From Octopus vulgaris (lineage: Eukaryota): 64,000 bases of DNA. Each line of letters begins with the position of its first letter. Within the stretch, counting starts at the first letter, position 1. The DNA is taken from positions 40,052,001-40,116,000 of the forward strand of contig OX597820.1 of NCBI GenBank assembly GCA_951406725.2. The letters run 5' to 3'. Below the pieces are notes generated by a model. It saw only the letters and a program-made list of their open reading frames with translations, was not told the DNA's origin and did not search any database. This document shows positions 12,056 through 24,246 of the stretch, piece after piece. Made by a program: the position numbers and the translations under genes.

Positions 12056-13351
12056 TAATAATGAAACCTGTAAAAAATAGTGAGTTCTACCTTATTTGAC
12101 TTATAAAGCGAACTTTATAAATGCATCTAATACGCACGCGCACACACATACATACTCATACACACATATACGTATTATACATAAACCCACACGCTCATCT
12201 ATATGTTTATATCTAAACAATCTCTCTCTCTCTCCCTCTCTCACACACACATGCACACAGACTCTAGATTGATAGATAGAGAAATATATATATATTTAAT
12301 TTCAGATATGATATTTACTTCATTGAATATCTGTGCTGAATTATGTACAACAGCCAAGTTATTCCTCAGAGTTCTACCCATGAATAAATATTGGCAATTA
12401 AAAGTATAGATTTTAAATGCTAATTATCGTACATTCTGAAATTTTTCAATCGATGAAATCGTATTCACGGCTGCTGCGAGTGAATTGTGTAAGTTTTAAT
12501 TAAACATAGCGAAAATAGTCAGAAGCACCCCCTTTTTTTCAAGGTAACATCAGAGAACACAGTAAATTTCAAGAACTTATTTAACGTTGCTAGTGTAATC
12601 AATAACTCCAATTAGAGCAGGATTACTAACCTGCTATTGTGTTATATTATATAATTCATAAGTGAGAGAGCCTCCCGACCGATAGGCAAGTGACCACGAG
12701 GAAAAGAGATAAATGGAATAAATCTGAATTCTCGAAAACAGTAAATCAAAATTAAAAATATAAATGCAGGGTTTCAAAAAAGAGCAACAAATCATTGATA
12801 ATTATTTGAAAACAACGACTAACATACTCATAACTACTTATAAGAAAAAGGTAAAATTAAGTTCAAGAGGAAAAGTCAATACATTAGAATGCTTATCAAA
12901 TAAATATTTGAATCCTTTCCTTTCATCCTTTAAGAAGGTAGGCTGCGATATGAGGGAGAAGAGATTGATATTTCTAGTGCTTTACTTGCTGAAGTGGAGG
13001 CTCGCTTATTGGTTCATTCAAATTTTGTGTACAAAAGAAATAAATAGCATGAGGTATGAAATGCAGCAACATGCTAAGTTCATTTTGTTTTTATAGTCAC
13101 ATTGTATATGCAATGGCAATGTGGACAGGTAAAGTTCAATGAACGGATGAACAATGTACCATTGTGAAAGTGACATTTATTTTGTGCGTAGAAGGGAATC
13201 CCTACATGGTCGCTTGACTTGTTAGAAATAGTAATCAATTAGTGTATAAACCAGATTCTAATGTCTTCACCAAGCACATAGTGGCTAATGTAGTACAGAG
13301 TAGAATGTTGTTGAAAATAAGATAGTTTCGCGGCCATTGATTGATCAAACA

Positions 13352-13755
13352 TCTTTTACTCTTTTACTCTTTTACTCTTTTACTTGTTTCAGTCATTTGA
13401 CTGTGGCCATGCTGGAGCACCACCTTTAGTCGAGCAAATCGACCCCAGGACTTATTCTTTGTAAGCCTAGTACTTATTCTATCAGTGTCTTTTGCCGAAC
13501 CGCTAAGTTACGGGGACGTAAACACACCAGCATCGGTTGTCAAGCGATGTTGGGAGGACAAACACAGACACACAAATACACACACATATATACGACGAGA
13601 TTCTTTCAGTTTCCGTCTACCAAATCCACACACAAGGCTTTGGTCGGCCCGAGACTATAGTCGAAGACACTTGCCCATGGTGCCACGCAGTGGGACTGAA
13701 CCCGGAACTATGTGGTTCGTAAGCAAGCTACTTACCACACAGCCACTCCTACGCC
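13352..13755 (-). mobile_element. tRNA-derived SINE, family A, full length
   Basis: Head GGCGTAGGAGTGGCTGTGTGGTAAGTAGCTTGC, B box GGTTCAGTCCC, tail (GTAAAAGA)n; many copies in the window. Confidence 0.9.
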
Positions 13756-14869
13756 TATGTATTCTTGGAACGAAAAAAAAAAGCAGCTGCAGCAACAATA
13801 CAGCAGTAAAGCATTTAATATTGGACATATAAGCTCAAATATAGCTCTACAACAACACTGTCATTATCAGATTAAAGTTTATGATACTTCGTCTGATCCA
13901 AAACCTCTAACTTAATGTATTCGTTTATATAATGGAACTTACTTCTATGGTTTTATGTAAGGAAATCTAAAGTTTAGTTCTTAACACTCTCTTATCAAAT
14001 GGTTTTTCATTTAGGCACGAGAGCTGCAAGTTTAAGATAAGAATTTAGTCAGTGCCAATGAATCCCTGTACTTGGCTCTAAGGCTATCTCTTCCAAGAAT
14101 TAAAATTCTTGATACTTTCAATGTTAATTAAAATGTATAGGAAGTGTATTTCATTAATAAATACAATCACCAAAAAGGTTAAGCAAACCAAATGGCCACA
14201 TCATAACGAATACAAAGCAGACATCTTCTTACATACATTATACACGCACTACATGTGATTTGTGGATCAATTTAGCACGTAGATACACAATTGTCTGATA
14301 TTCACCGAATATAAATGAATTATATTTCAAGTTCATCGAAGTTAGATGTAATCTGTCGGCTGATATAATACCATCATCCGAAACATGGCTATTTTTAGCT
14401 GAGTTCATTCTGTTGCAAATACTCCACTCAGTTATTCGAGCTGCAGAATGTTTCCTGAATTGCCTACACGTGTCTCACAAATCACTGTTCTACCTCTCAT
14501 TGAGTTAAGCCAAAAGAGAATGAGAAAAAACAAAAAACTTAGTGAAACTCAAAGAGCAAAGAAGGTTATCTAAGAATCATATTAATAAGGGTACATACAC
14601 GAATTTACAATAAATATATACATATTCATGTTATAGAACATAAGCTATATAGTGCGGGCAGGACACTTTCGTAGGAGAAAAATGTAACAATTATTTTACT
14701 TGCGTTTGTATTGGCAAAAAGTGTCAGATATAAATGTGTGTGCATGAATGTATGTCTTGTGTCATTGTGATACCCCAGCATGGCCGCAGTCTCGTGACTG
14801 AAGCAATTAAAAGATAAAATGTATATATATATATATATACATATATATAATACATATACATATATATAT

Positions 14870-14949
<80 letters not shown>

Positions 14950-15219
14950 ATGAGATACATACGTATACCTACACAGACGCGCGCGCATGAACCTACATAC
15001 ACACACGTACACGCATATATGTACACGTTTATGTAAAATGTGTCTATGTGTACACATAAATATGGCTTAGGAGTGTTTATGCATTCGAGAAGTTGAAGTG
15101 TGTTATAAACTTCAAGTTAAAGATATACACAAGGGTTATGAAAAGGAAAGGAAACGGAAAAAATTAAAGAGGGGAATAATGTAATGATGCATGCCTATGA
15201 AGACGAAAAAATGGACAGT

Positions 15220-15309
15220 AATGATGATGATGACGACGATGGACAGTAATGACGACAATGACGACGATGACGACAATGATGACAATGACGACAACTATGA
15301 TGGTGATCG

Positions 15310-15374
<65 letters not shown>

Positions 15375-15390
15375 CTGATGACGATGATGA
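15220..15390. repeat. (GAT)n/(GAC)n trinucleotide repeat
   Basis: Direct reading; produces the poly-D/H/M ORFs. Confidence 0.95.
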
Positions 15391-16249
15391 AATCGATATC
15401 GACACAGTGTAGGCGAAGGCAACAAAGTCGGGATAGAGTGCAAAATAGACTTCAGCGAAGTCTATCTATAGATATAAATGGAATACGAAATTTGAATGTA
15501 GAGTTAGACTAAGAGAATAGCTAAAGAGAAGGGGAACAGTGTAGTCAAGGTGGTGTAAGTGGTTTTATCGAAGTGGGAAGGGCTTTGAGCAAGTTTGATA
15601 AACAAGAAAATCGTTTCGTCGGAAAAAATCGATATATATATATGATAGAAAATTTATCGTAGATAGGAAAAGAATAAAGATCAGGGATAGGTCGAGTCGT
15701 CAATGAAGAGGTTAAGTCTGGCTGTAAATGTTTTTCTTTATTACTGTCACTATATGTTGTGTGTGTGTGTGTGTGTATGTGTACGTGCAAGTGTATGTGT
15801 ACTATCTGTCTGTACGTATGAGTGGTGCTGTAGATTTGTGTACGAACATGTGTGTATGTTCGTGTCTGAACGTGCGTAATCTCATTTGTCATCCACAGTG
15901 TTCATCTTTTGTTGATTAGTTATAGAGCTGCTCTAATCGAATGGATTTACAATCGCAGACATTTTTACAGTACGCACCCTATGTCTTCTTAATAAATGTG
16001 TATATTTAGAACATTATCAGAGTCTTTGATACTGCTTGTAGAACGAAAACAAATGAATTAAAACTTTCTTTTTTTCCTTCATTTCTGTGAGAGAGTTCTG
16101 TAAGAGAAAGCACTACGTCAAGATAGAGCGTTATCCTCAAACCAAAGACCTTGGCCCAAAACAGCGAAGACTCACTGGAGGCATCAAGTGGTCAAATGCT
16201 GGTGTTAAAGTGGGCTATAGATTAAATCTAGCGTACAAAATAGAGAAAT

Positions 16250-17200
16250 CCATTTAAAGTACATCAGCCCAGTTTGGGCTAACCATATTTTAGTAACGAA
16301 CCTTTTCCTCTGTTTAATCGTTTGTTATCTTGAGGGAAGTGTTTTATCTTGCTGGTTCTTCTAGGAAGCCACAGTGCGCATGGCCACTGCAAGTTCTACT
16401 GTACTGGTAAGACTGATACCATTAATTAGACATGAGCAGAGAGGGAATTTTAAGGGTCGACGTTCTGTGAAGAAAGGTCTGACCGCAGGAATTGGTATAG
16501 TTTCGAGGTGTATGAAGAGAAGCAGAGAAGAGTGGTAGGGGAACGCCTGAGTGGATGCGGCATGAATCTACACATCACCAAATAGCAAATTTAATCATAG
16601 TAACAACAGAAATGATAAATGTGGAGCCAGCGCCTGGTACTCGTTTTGGCGTGGTTTTATGCCTGTGAGTCTGGTACATTTACTGAATGTGTTCTGTGAT
16701 GTTCATTTTTGCTGCAGATTAGAGAGCAATACTTAATTGTTAACTTCAAATGAGATTTGTAGAGCATCAGTCATTATTCAGAGCTGAGATATCGTTTAAC
16801 CATTAAGAAAAGAACATGCCGTTTGAGGTGATCCTAGCTGAGGCTGTGAACGTTCACCATTTATAGCCACAGACGTGAATCGAGAGCGAGATGAGAGAGG
16901 ATAGGTAAAGTGACACATGAGCAGCTAAATAGGAGAGGAAGTCGTTTTAGAAGTGGTCAAAAGTCAGAACAAGAAGACTGTACACTACCAAGCAAAATCT
17001 TTGAGCGATTTTCAATCTGATGCCAGTGTAGATACCCAACTGTCCTGGGAAATGAGAACTTTTACCTCCCCTGCCTTGAATTGAGTAACCGTTTTTCTTG
17101 GCTAGTTTTCTTTCTTATATCTGTCTGTACTTCTGACTGCTGAAAACGAAACACCACTCCATAACGATACATTGTGGTACCACAAAGTCAGAACGAGGTG
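16250..17200 (-). mobile_element. Very old LINE endonuclease-region relic (tentative)
   Basis: Higher-complexity block with faint minus-strand APE-like peptides (ENRSKDFAW, NEHHR, RPFFT); heavily disrupted. Confidence 0.25.
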
Positions 17201-17563
17201 AGATATGCGGGTCTCACTTCTCAGTGGTCAGTTCCCAATGCTACGCATTTTCTTCTTATTCTCCCTTTTCATCTTTCTTTCTAACCACTCTTCCTCAACA
17301 TTTTCTTTGTCAATCTATTTCCCATTCGATTCCCGATGATAATTCTAAAAGATATTATACCCGCCCACGTACATATATGCAAGCATACACAATATAGATC
17401 AAACACATAAATATACATAGAAGCTCAAACAAAATCATCTACACTTTCGCACATACACTCAATCACAAACATCATCGTAATGTTTATCTCTCTCATTCGG
17501 TTTCACGTTTTCCTCTTCTCCTTTTCTAACCGCTTCGACTTATCCATATATATATATACACAT

Positions 17564-17597
<34 letters not shown>

Positions 17598-17719
17598 GCA
17601 CACACACATATACTCAAGCTTGTACATATACACTGACACGCTCATACACTCTGCCGCACGATTTACATAATTTTTCTCGAACATATTCTATCTCTGATGT
17701 CAGTTCTAATTGATATAAC

Positions 17720-17761
<42 letters not shown>

Positions 17762-18325
17762 ACACACAGCCACACACGCAATCACACAAGTACGCGTTCA
17801 CGCATACATACACATATACAAACACACACGCACATATTGTCATCACCAGGATCTCTCGCACACTTATTTCCCTATCTCCATTCCCCTTTGTTTTCCTTTC
17901 TCTCTGTCCCTCTATCCCCCTCTCATCAACAACCCCCCTCACACTTCTTTGCCTTTCTCTTTTCCTCACACAGACACACACAGAGTCACATACACACACG
18001 CACATTTTAAACGAATGCACTTGCACACATTTTCTTTGATCATCATTTTCATCTCCATCCCCGTTTGCTTCTCATGAAAAACAGACGTAAACATTTTAAG
18101 CTCACGCTCTCTTCCAACTTTCTCCCGTCCCTCTTTCTCACTCACCCGCTCCACATGAACATACACATCCACACACGATCACACAAATATATGTAGATAC
18201 ATATTTGATTGATGTTTTTTAATCTATCTATCTAGCCACCTGTCTATCTACCTACCTAACCAACTACCTACCTACCCGTCTGTCTGTCTGTTGGCCGTCC
18301 GTTCTTCCTTCTGTCTATCTGTCTA

Positions 18326-18377
<52 letters not shown>

Positions 18378-18645
18378 TCTATCTTTTTTCCCCTTTTTTC
18401 TTCTTTTTTCATTTCTCTTTTCTTTTGTTCCTTTTCCTTTTCTTCTTTTTTTATTTTTATTTTTTATTTTTTATTTTATTATTTTTGTTCTTTTCTTCCC
18501 TTTTACGATCCCTCCTGATCGAAAACCTACGCCACCCCTTTTTTTTAGTTTCTTTTGTTTTTTGTTTTTTTCATCCCCCAAAAGAAAAGCTCTATCTTGT
18601 AACTTGTCCCATCTGTGTGCAGCCCTGTGTGGCCAATAAATAAAC

Positions 18646-18732
<87 letters not shown>

Positions 18733-19679
18733 CAGCTCTAACGGACTATCCATAACTTTCTCTTTACCGTTCTCTCCTTGTCTCTGTTTCTCTGTCTTTT
18801 TCTCACTCTCCCTGTGTGCATGTGTATTATAAGCACACACATATACACATATATATACATTCATTCATGTACGCAGCTACATACACATTTATTTACTAGA
18901 ATATATATCATGTTGTCACTTATAAATTGTAGTACTATACTCTCTTTTACATTTTAATCTTTCTCCAACACACACAACCTCTCTCTCACTATGGTTTTTG
19001 TTTTCCTACTCTCTTTCTCATTTCTATTATAGACTCTTTCAATTTTTCATCTTGATGGCTACGAATGTTAAATTTGCCATCCATTTTGTGTTCTTCCATC
19101 TTTCATAACTTTCTCTGTTCTTCCTCTTTCTATTTCTCTCTTTTAAATAATTGATAACAAAAGTATAAATTCTAACACCCTGGTCTCTGCCTTTATCTTT
19201 CGCTCGGTCAGCCTCTCTCATCTCTGTTCCCTTTCTACATTATTTTACCATATTCCTGATACCTCTATTATAATTGATAAGTCTTAGAATGTCATTGTAT
19301 ATCTTAGCATCCATCTTTCTCTCTCTGTTTCATTCTTTGTTTTTCTTTTATTTTGTTCGCAATGCTGGTTTCGCATGTTAAACGTCTAAATCATTCTTTC
19401 TTTACGTCACCTCTTACCAGTTTTTTATTTTCATTCTTTCAATGTATTTTACAAAGGCTGTTAATCTTAACTCGCTCTTTTATTTACAAGACTGAGCTGA
19501 CCATAACCAAGTTGACTGACCAACTGAATTTATTATTTATCATCGATGGAGAAATACCAGCAGAGTTGGGAGGAAGGTAGTGGGTTGGAATCGAATCTCC
19601 CTTAGATTTAATGCCACTCGGATGTCTTATCAGAGTGGCAGTAAATGTAACGATGATGCCTCACAGAAGAGACATTTAT

Positions 19680-20320
19680 TAATAGCAAAGTCATATGAAA
19701 CTGATTTCCTTCAAAGTAGGATCGTTTGATATCAATGCACTTGTTGTAGTGCTCCAGTTCCTTCCCGAATGCCTCATGGAAGTCCTCGAAGTGAAGCTTT
19801 TCAACACCTTTGTCATAGACTCAACGTCTCTTTCCTTCAGCTTGGGCTACAACCAAAAGTCACGGAGTGCAATGGTCTGGATTACTGGGAGGGTGAAAGG
19901 CAGTTTTAATGCCCAACTCTGTCAAGTAGTACATTATCAGGATACAAGTGTGAAGTGGTGCATTATTCTGATGGAGCTGCTCTGGCCGTTTTGTGGCGAA
20001 CTCTCTTCCCGAATTCCGTCAAACCTACCAAAATATTCTTTGTTGGAGGTCTGGCTAGAGGGAACCCAATGAATGTAGATGATGCTCCTGCTGTCTAAAA
20101 AAGGAATAATCATGAGCTTCTCTGAAGATTACTGTTACCTGGCATATTATGCTTTTGTAAAACAGGTGCTCAGCGGATACAAGTTAATTCATAATCCATA
20201 ATCACTCCGGAGTATTTCATAATTTTCTGCAGTCTCTTCCCCCAATTTAACATAAAACTTAATTGCAAAAAGAACTCCTAAGTTCTCTTCACGTCCACAC
20301 AGCATTTTGCAAAGAGACAG
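19680..20320 (-). mobile_element. Internally deleted mariner remnant
   Basis: N-terminal AIKFYVKLGEETAENYEILRSDYG; C-terminal LHQNNAPLH and HPPSNPD (degenerate HPPYSPD). Confidence 0.7.
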
Positions 20321-20856
20321 CCATGACAAGCTATATAATACATAATACATACATACATACACACATACATACATACATACATACATACATACATACATAC
20401 ATACATACATACATACATACATACATACATACATACATAAATGCAAACATACATACACACACAAACGCACAGACACACACACACACATATATATATGTAT
20501 ATAGGTATGCAAGCATGTATGTATGTATGTATGTATGCATGTATGTATGTATGTATGTATGTATGTATGTATGTATGTATGTATGTATGTATGTATGTAT
20601 GTATGTATGTATGTATGTATGTATGTATGTATGTATGTATGCATGTATGTATAAGTGAGTTTAGAGGGATATACTATTCAGGCGGATAACGTATTTGCTT
20701 TCACCTCTTATTAAACAATAACCAATATCGGCGGGGAGTAAGTCTGAGTAGTAGTCGGCCAGGAAAAAAGACCACGAGTGTGTGTCCGTGTGTTATCGAC
20801 AAGGCACACATACATGCAAACATACACACACACACACACATATATATGTATATATG

Positions 20857-20890
<34 letters not shown>

Positions 20891-21187
20891 TGTATGTATG
20901 TATGTATGTATGTATGTAGGTATGTATAAGTGAGTTTACAATGATATAATATTCAGGCGGATAACGTATTTGCTTTCACTTCTTATTAAACAATAACCAA
21001 CAAAGACTTTCTACATTCAGTTTAATTCGAAGCTAACCTGTGGTACAGACCCTGATGAAATGGAACCGACAATATTGCAAGGCTGCATCTGCAACAGTGT
21101 GGAGTTGCTGCAGCCTAAATGTAAATTAGATTATCGATGTGCAATCTCCATTCTCTATAATATTTATGTGATATATATACATATATT

Positions 21188-21225
<38 letters not shown>

Positions 21226-21257
21226 CATGCATGTATTTATGGATCTCTCTCTCTCTC

Positions 21258-21306
<49 letters not shown>

Positions 21307-21515
21307 GAAACACGGAGTAGATGAAACAGGGACAACTGAAGAAGGGAAATATTCCTTGTGTTGTATATCTTTCGTTGTTTGAAAAAAAGTTCGTATCCAT
21401 GTTTTTGTTTTTGTTTTCGTTTCTCATTGTGGTCAAAGATTTTTTGTCCTGTACCCATATATGCATGTATATGTAATTATAGATGTAGGTATGTACATAT
21501 ATGTATGTACATATG

Positions 21516-21594
<79 letters not shown>

Positions 21595-21892
21595 TAGTTG
21601 AATGGTAGGGCACCGGGTCGGGTCAAAATTAAACTGCATACACAGCCAAGATAGATGAATACATAGACGGCTATCGAGTACAGGCAAAAAGAAATTTAGG
21701 AGATGCAAACAACTAATTGAACTCCAATGATTATATCAGTAGGGTTAATTAACAAACGCACATTGTATTAAATATACTGTCTATAATATACATCGTATCA
21801 CGAGAAGAGCAAGTCCCGAGAGAGGTGAATTATAAATAATAAATAACAGATGGATACATACGTACTTACATGCATACATACATACACACACA

Positions 21893-21958
<66 letters not shown>

Positions 21959-21970
21959 TATATATATATA

Positions 21971-22160
21971 AAGGGAAAGTTTACGAAAATAAACAAAAGA
22001 CTAAGGCAGGTGGTGTACAAACAAACAGATGTATCAGTATAGCGCTCAGGCATAGAGCGCTATACTGAGGAATACGCTCTTCTACGGAAAGATACACAAA
22101 AAAAACAATGAGAGAAACAAGGAGAGAAAAGGAAGGAGAAAAAAAAGGAGAGAAAAAAAT
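21971..22160 (-). repeat. Short (TA)n-embedded repeat, copy 2
   Basis: Aligns by eye with 5421-5596 (GGGAA..TTTA.GAAAATA.ACAAAAGAC.AAGGCAGGTGG..GCGCTCAGG..GAAAGATACAC). Confidence 0.7.
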
Positions 22161-22214
22161 ATGTATATACACACACACACATATATATAGATGCATATAT
22201 ATGTACACACGTGC

Positions 22215-22256
<42 letters not shown>

Positions 22257-22283
22257 ACACACACACACACACATATATATATA

Positions 22284-22327
<44 letters not shown>

Positions 22328-22503
22328 ATATATATTCACGTGTTTACATATGGGTTCATGCGTATATGTGACCATGTGTATACAGAAATAATGTAAGTTT
22401 CATATAGCTAACAAAGACAAAACATTAAGTGGAGAACATAGATCATGGCATGAAGCAAACAGAGTGAAACAGTAACACACACACACACACATATATATGT
22501 ATG

Positions 22504-22567
<64 letters not shown>

Positions 22568-23347
22568 TATATATATATAATCCACCCTTTATCTCTCTTA
22601 CTTTGAAGACCATGCTTGCTTTTCTTATTCTCATGTCAAAAATGGTCTAAGTATCGAAGTTGAAGAGAACAGTTGTATGATGCATAAGTAGAAGAAAATG
22701 CCGGAAGACATATCAAAAGAGAGACATGGTGTTAGGTGGACACTGTCATTACGTTTTGTATTTTTTTCTCCTCTCTCTATTCTTTAGTCCCCTCGCTTTC
22801 AGCATTTCAGCTAGTTTTGGTAGAGTCCATCGTTAGTATATATTATTATAGTTTTTTATTTCCATTTATGGTTTACTTTCTTTCAACACGTCACTATTCT
22901 CATGCATATATCTGTCAATCTATCTAACTAAATATTTATCTCTCTCTAAGCGCACGCACCCTCATTCACAAGCACACTCATATAGGCTTTTATGAGCGTG
23001 TGCGCCTCACACGCGTATTTCTGAGTCTGTGTTTGTGTGTGTGTGTGTGTCTGAACGAAAACAATATAATATTTTAACCTATGCCAACAAAAAGAATGTG
23101 TAGATAAAACTTTATAGACACAGAGTACGATTCTAAAACATCTGAAATATAAAAGTAAATCACTCGAAGGGGAAACTTCTTCGATCTGAAAATACTGTCT
23201 GGAAAATGAAAATACAGAGCAAACATTTTCAGGCGTCTAACTCAGTAAAATCTGAAATAATCTCCTAGTTCTGAAATAATGTTATATGATGTGTACTATA
23301 TCGAAGACAAGGAAAGAAGAAACATAAATGAATAAACAATTAAACGA

Positions 23348-23379
<32 letters not shown>

Positions 23380-23605
23380 TATATATAGCATATATATATA
23401 TATATATATAATCAAAATAAGCAACAAGAATAACTTCGGTAAGTTGGTACGATCGTTTCGCACTACATCATACCAAATTACCGAATTTATTCTTGTTGCT
23501 TATTTTGATTATAATCATCCTATGGATTTATATGGATAACATCATACAAAATTCTGGTGCAACTAACTTAAGTACCATATTCATTTGAATCTAAATTTTG
23601 CTGAA

Positions 23606-23644
<39 letters not shown>

Positions 23645-24246
23645 GTATGTATATATGCATAAACATCCATTGGGTAGATAAAGCATATGTGTACAGACAC
23701 CATATGATTAAAACTAGAATGAAGAATCGCGTGCTTGCATATACGATATATTTATACACGCAGAAAGAGAGGACTGATACTGACGTCGCAGTTTCACCTT
23801 GCTTGGCATCCTTATATTGTTAACAAAATACATATGCTAATCTAATGAAAAGTATTGGGTGATCCCTCAATTTATTGTTCGATTGTTCTTCATATATGTA
23901 TACAAATTTATAAAATAACAAAATATGAATATATCTCTGCGGATGTGTGTGTCCCGTATTTGTGTGTATGTGTTTGTATGTGTGTGTATGCAAGTATGCG
24001 TGTAATAGTATGGTGTGTATGTGTATGTTAAAAGAAGTACCTAATTATGAATATATATTCTCGAAAAAGAAACGAGACATTATTTAGATACATTGTTTTA
24101 AGGATATGCTCACATTTAGTATTACAACTTTGAGTAGATTAGTTTAAGCGGTCTCAAAATTTCACCTTAAGAGTCAGTAGCACAATCAATCTATGTTTTC
24201 TGTCTAAAGGAGCAGGCGTGGCTGTATGGTAAGAAGCTTGCTTCCT

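Noticed and set aside
15191-15512. Poly-Asp/His/Met ORFs
   Set aside because: (GAT)n microsatellite; no domain or splice support.
21305-21360. Hammerhead formed from CGAAAC...CTGAAGAAGGGAA
   Set aside because: Cores are in permuted order and stem I cannot form; may be a pseudo-LTR remnant but unsupported.
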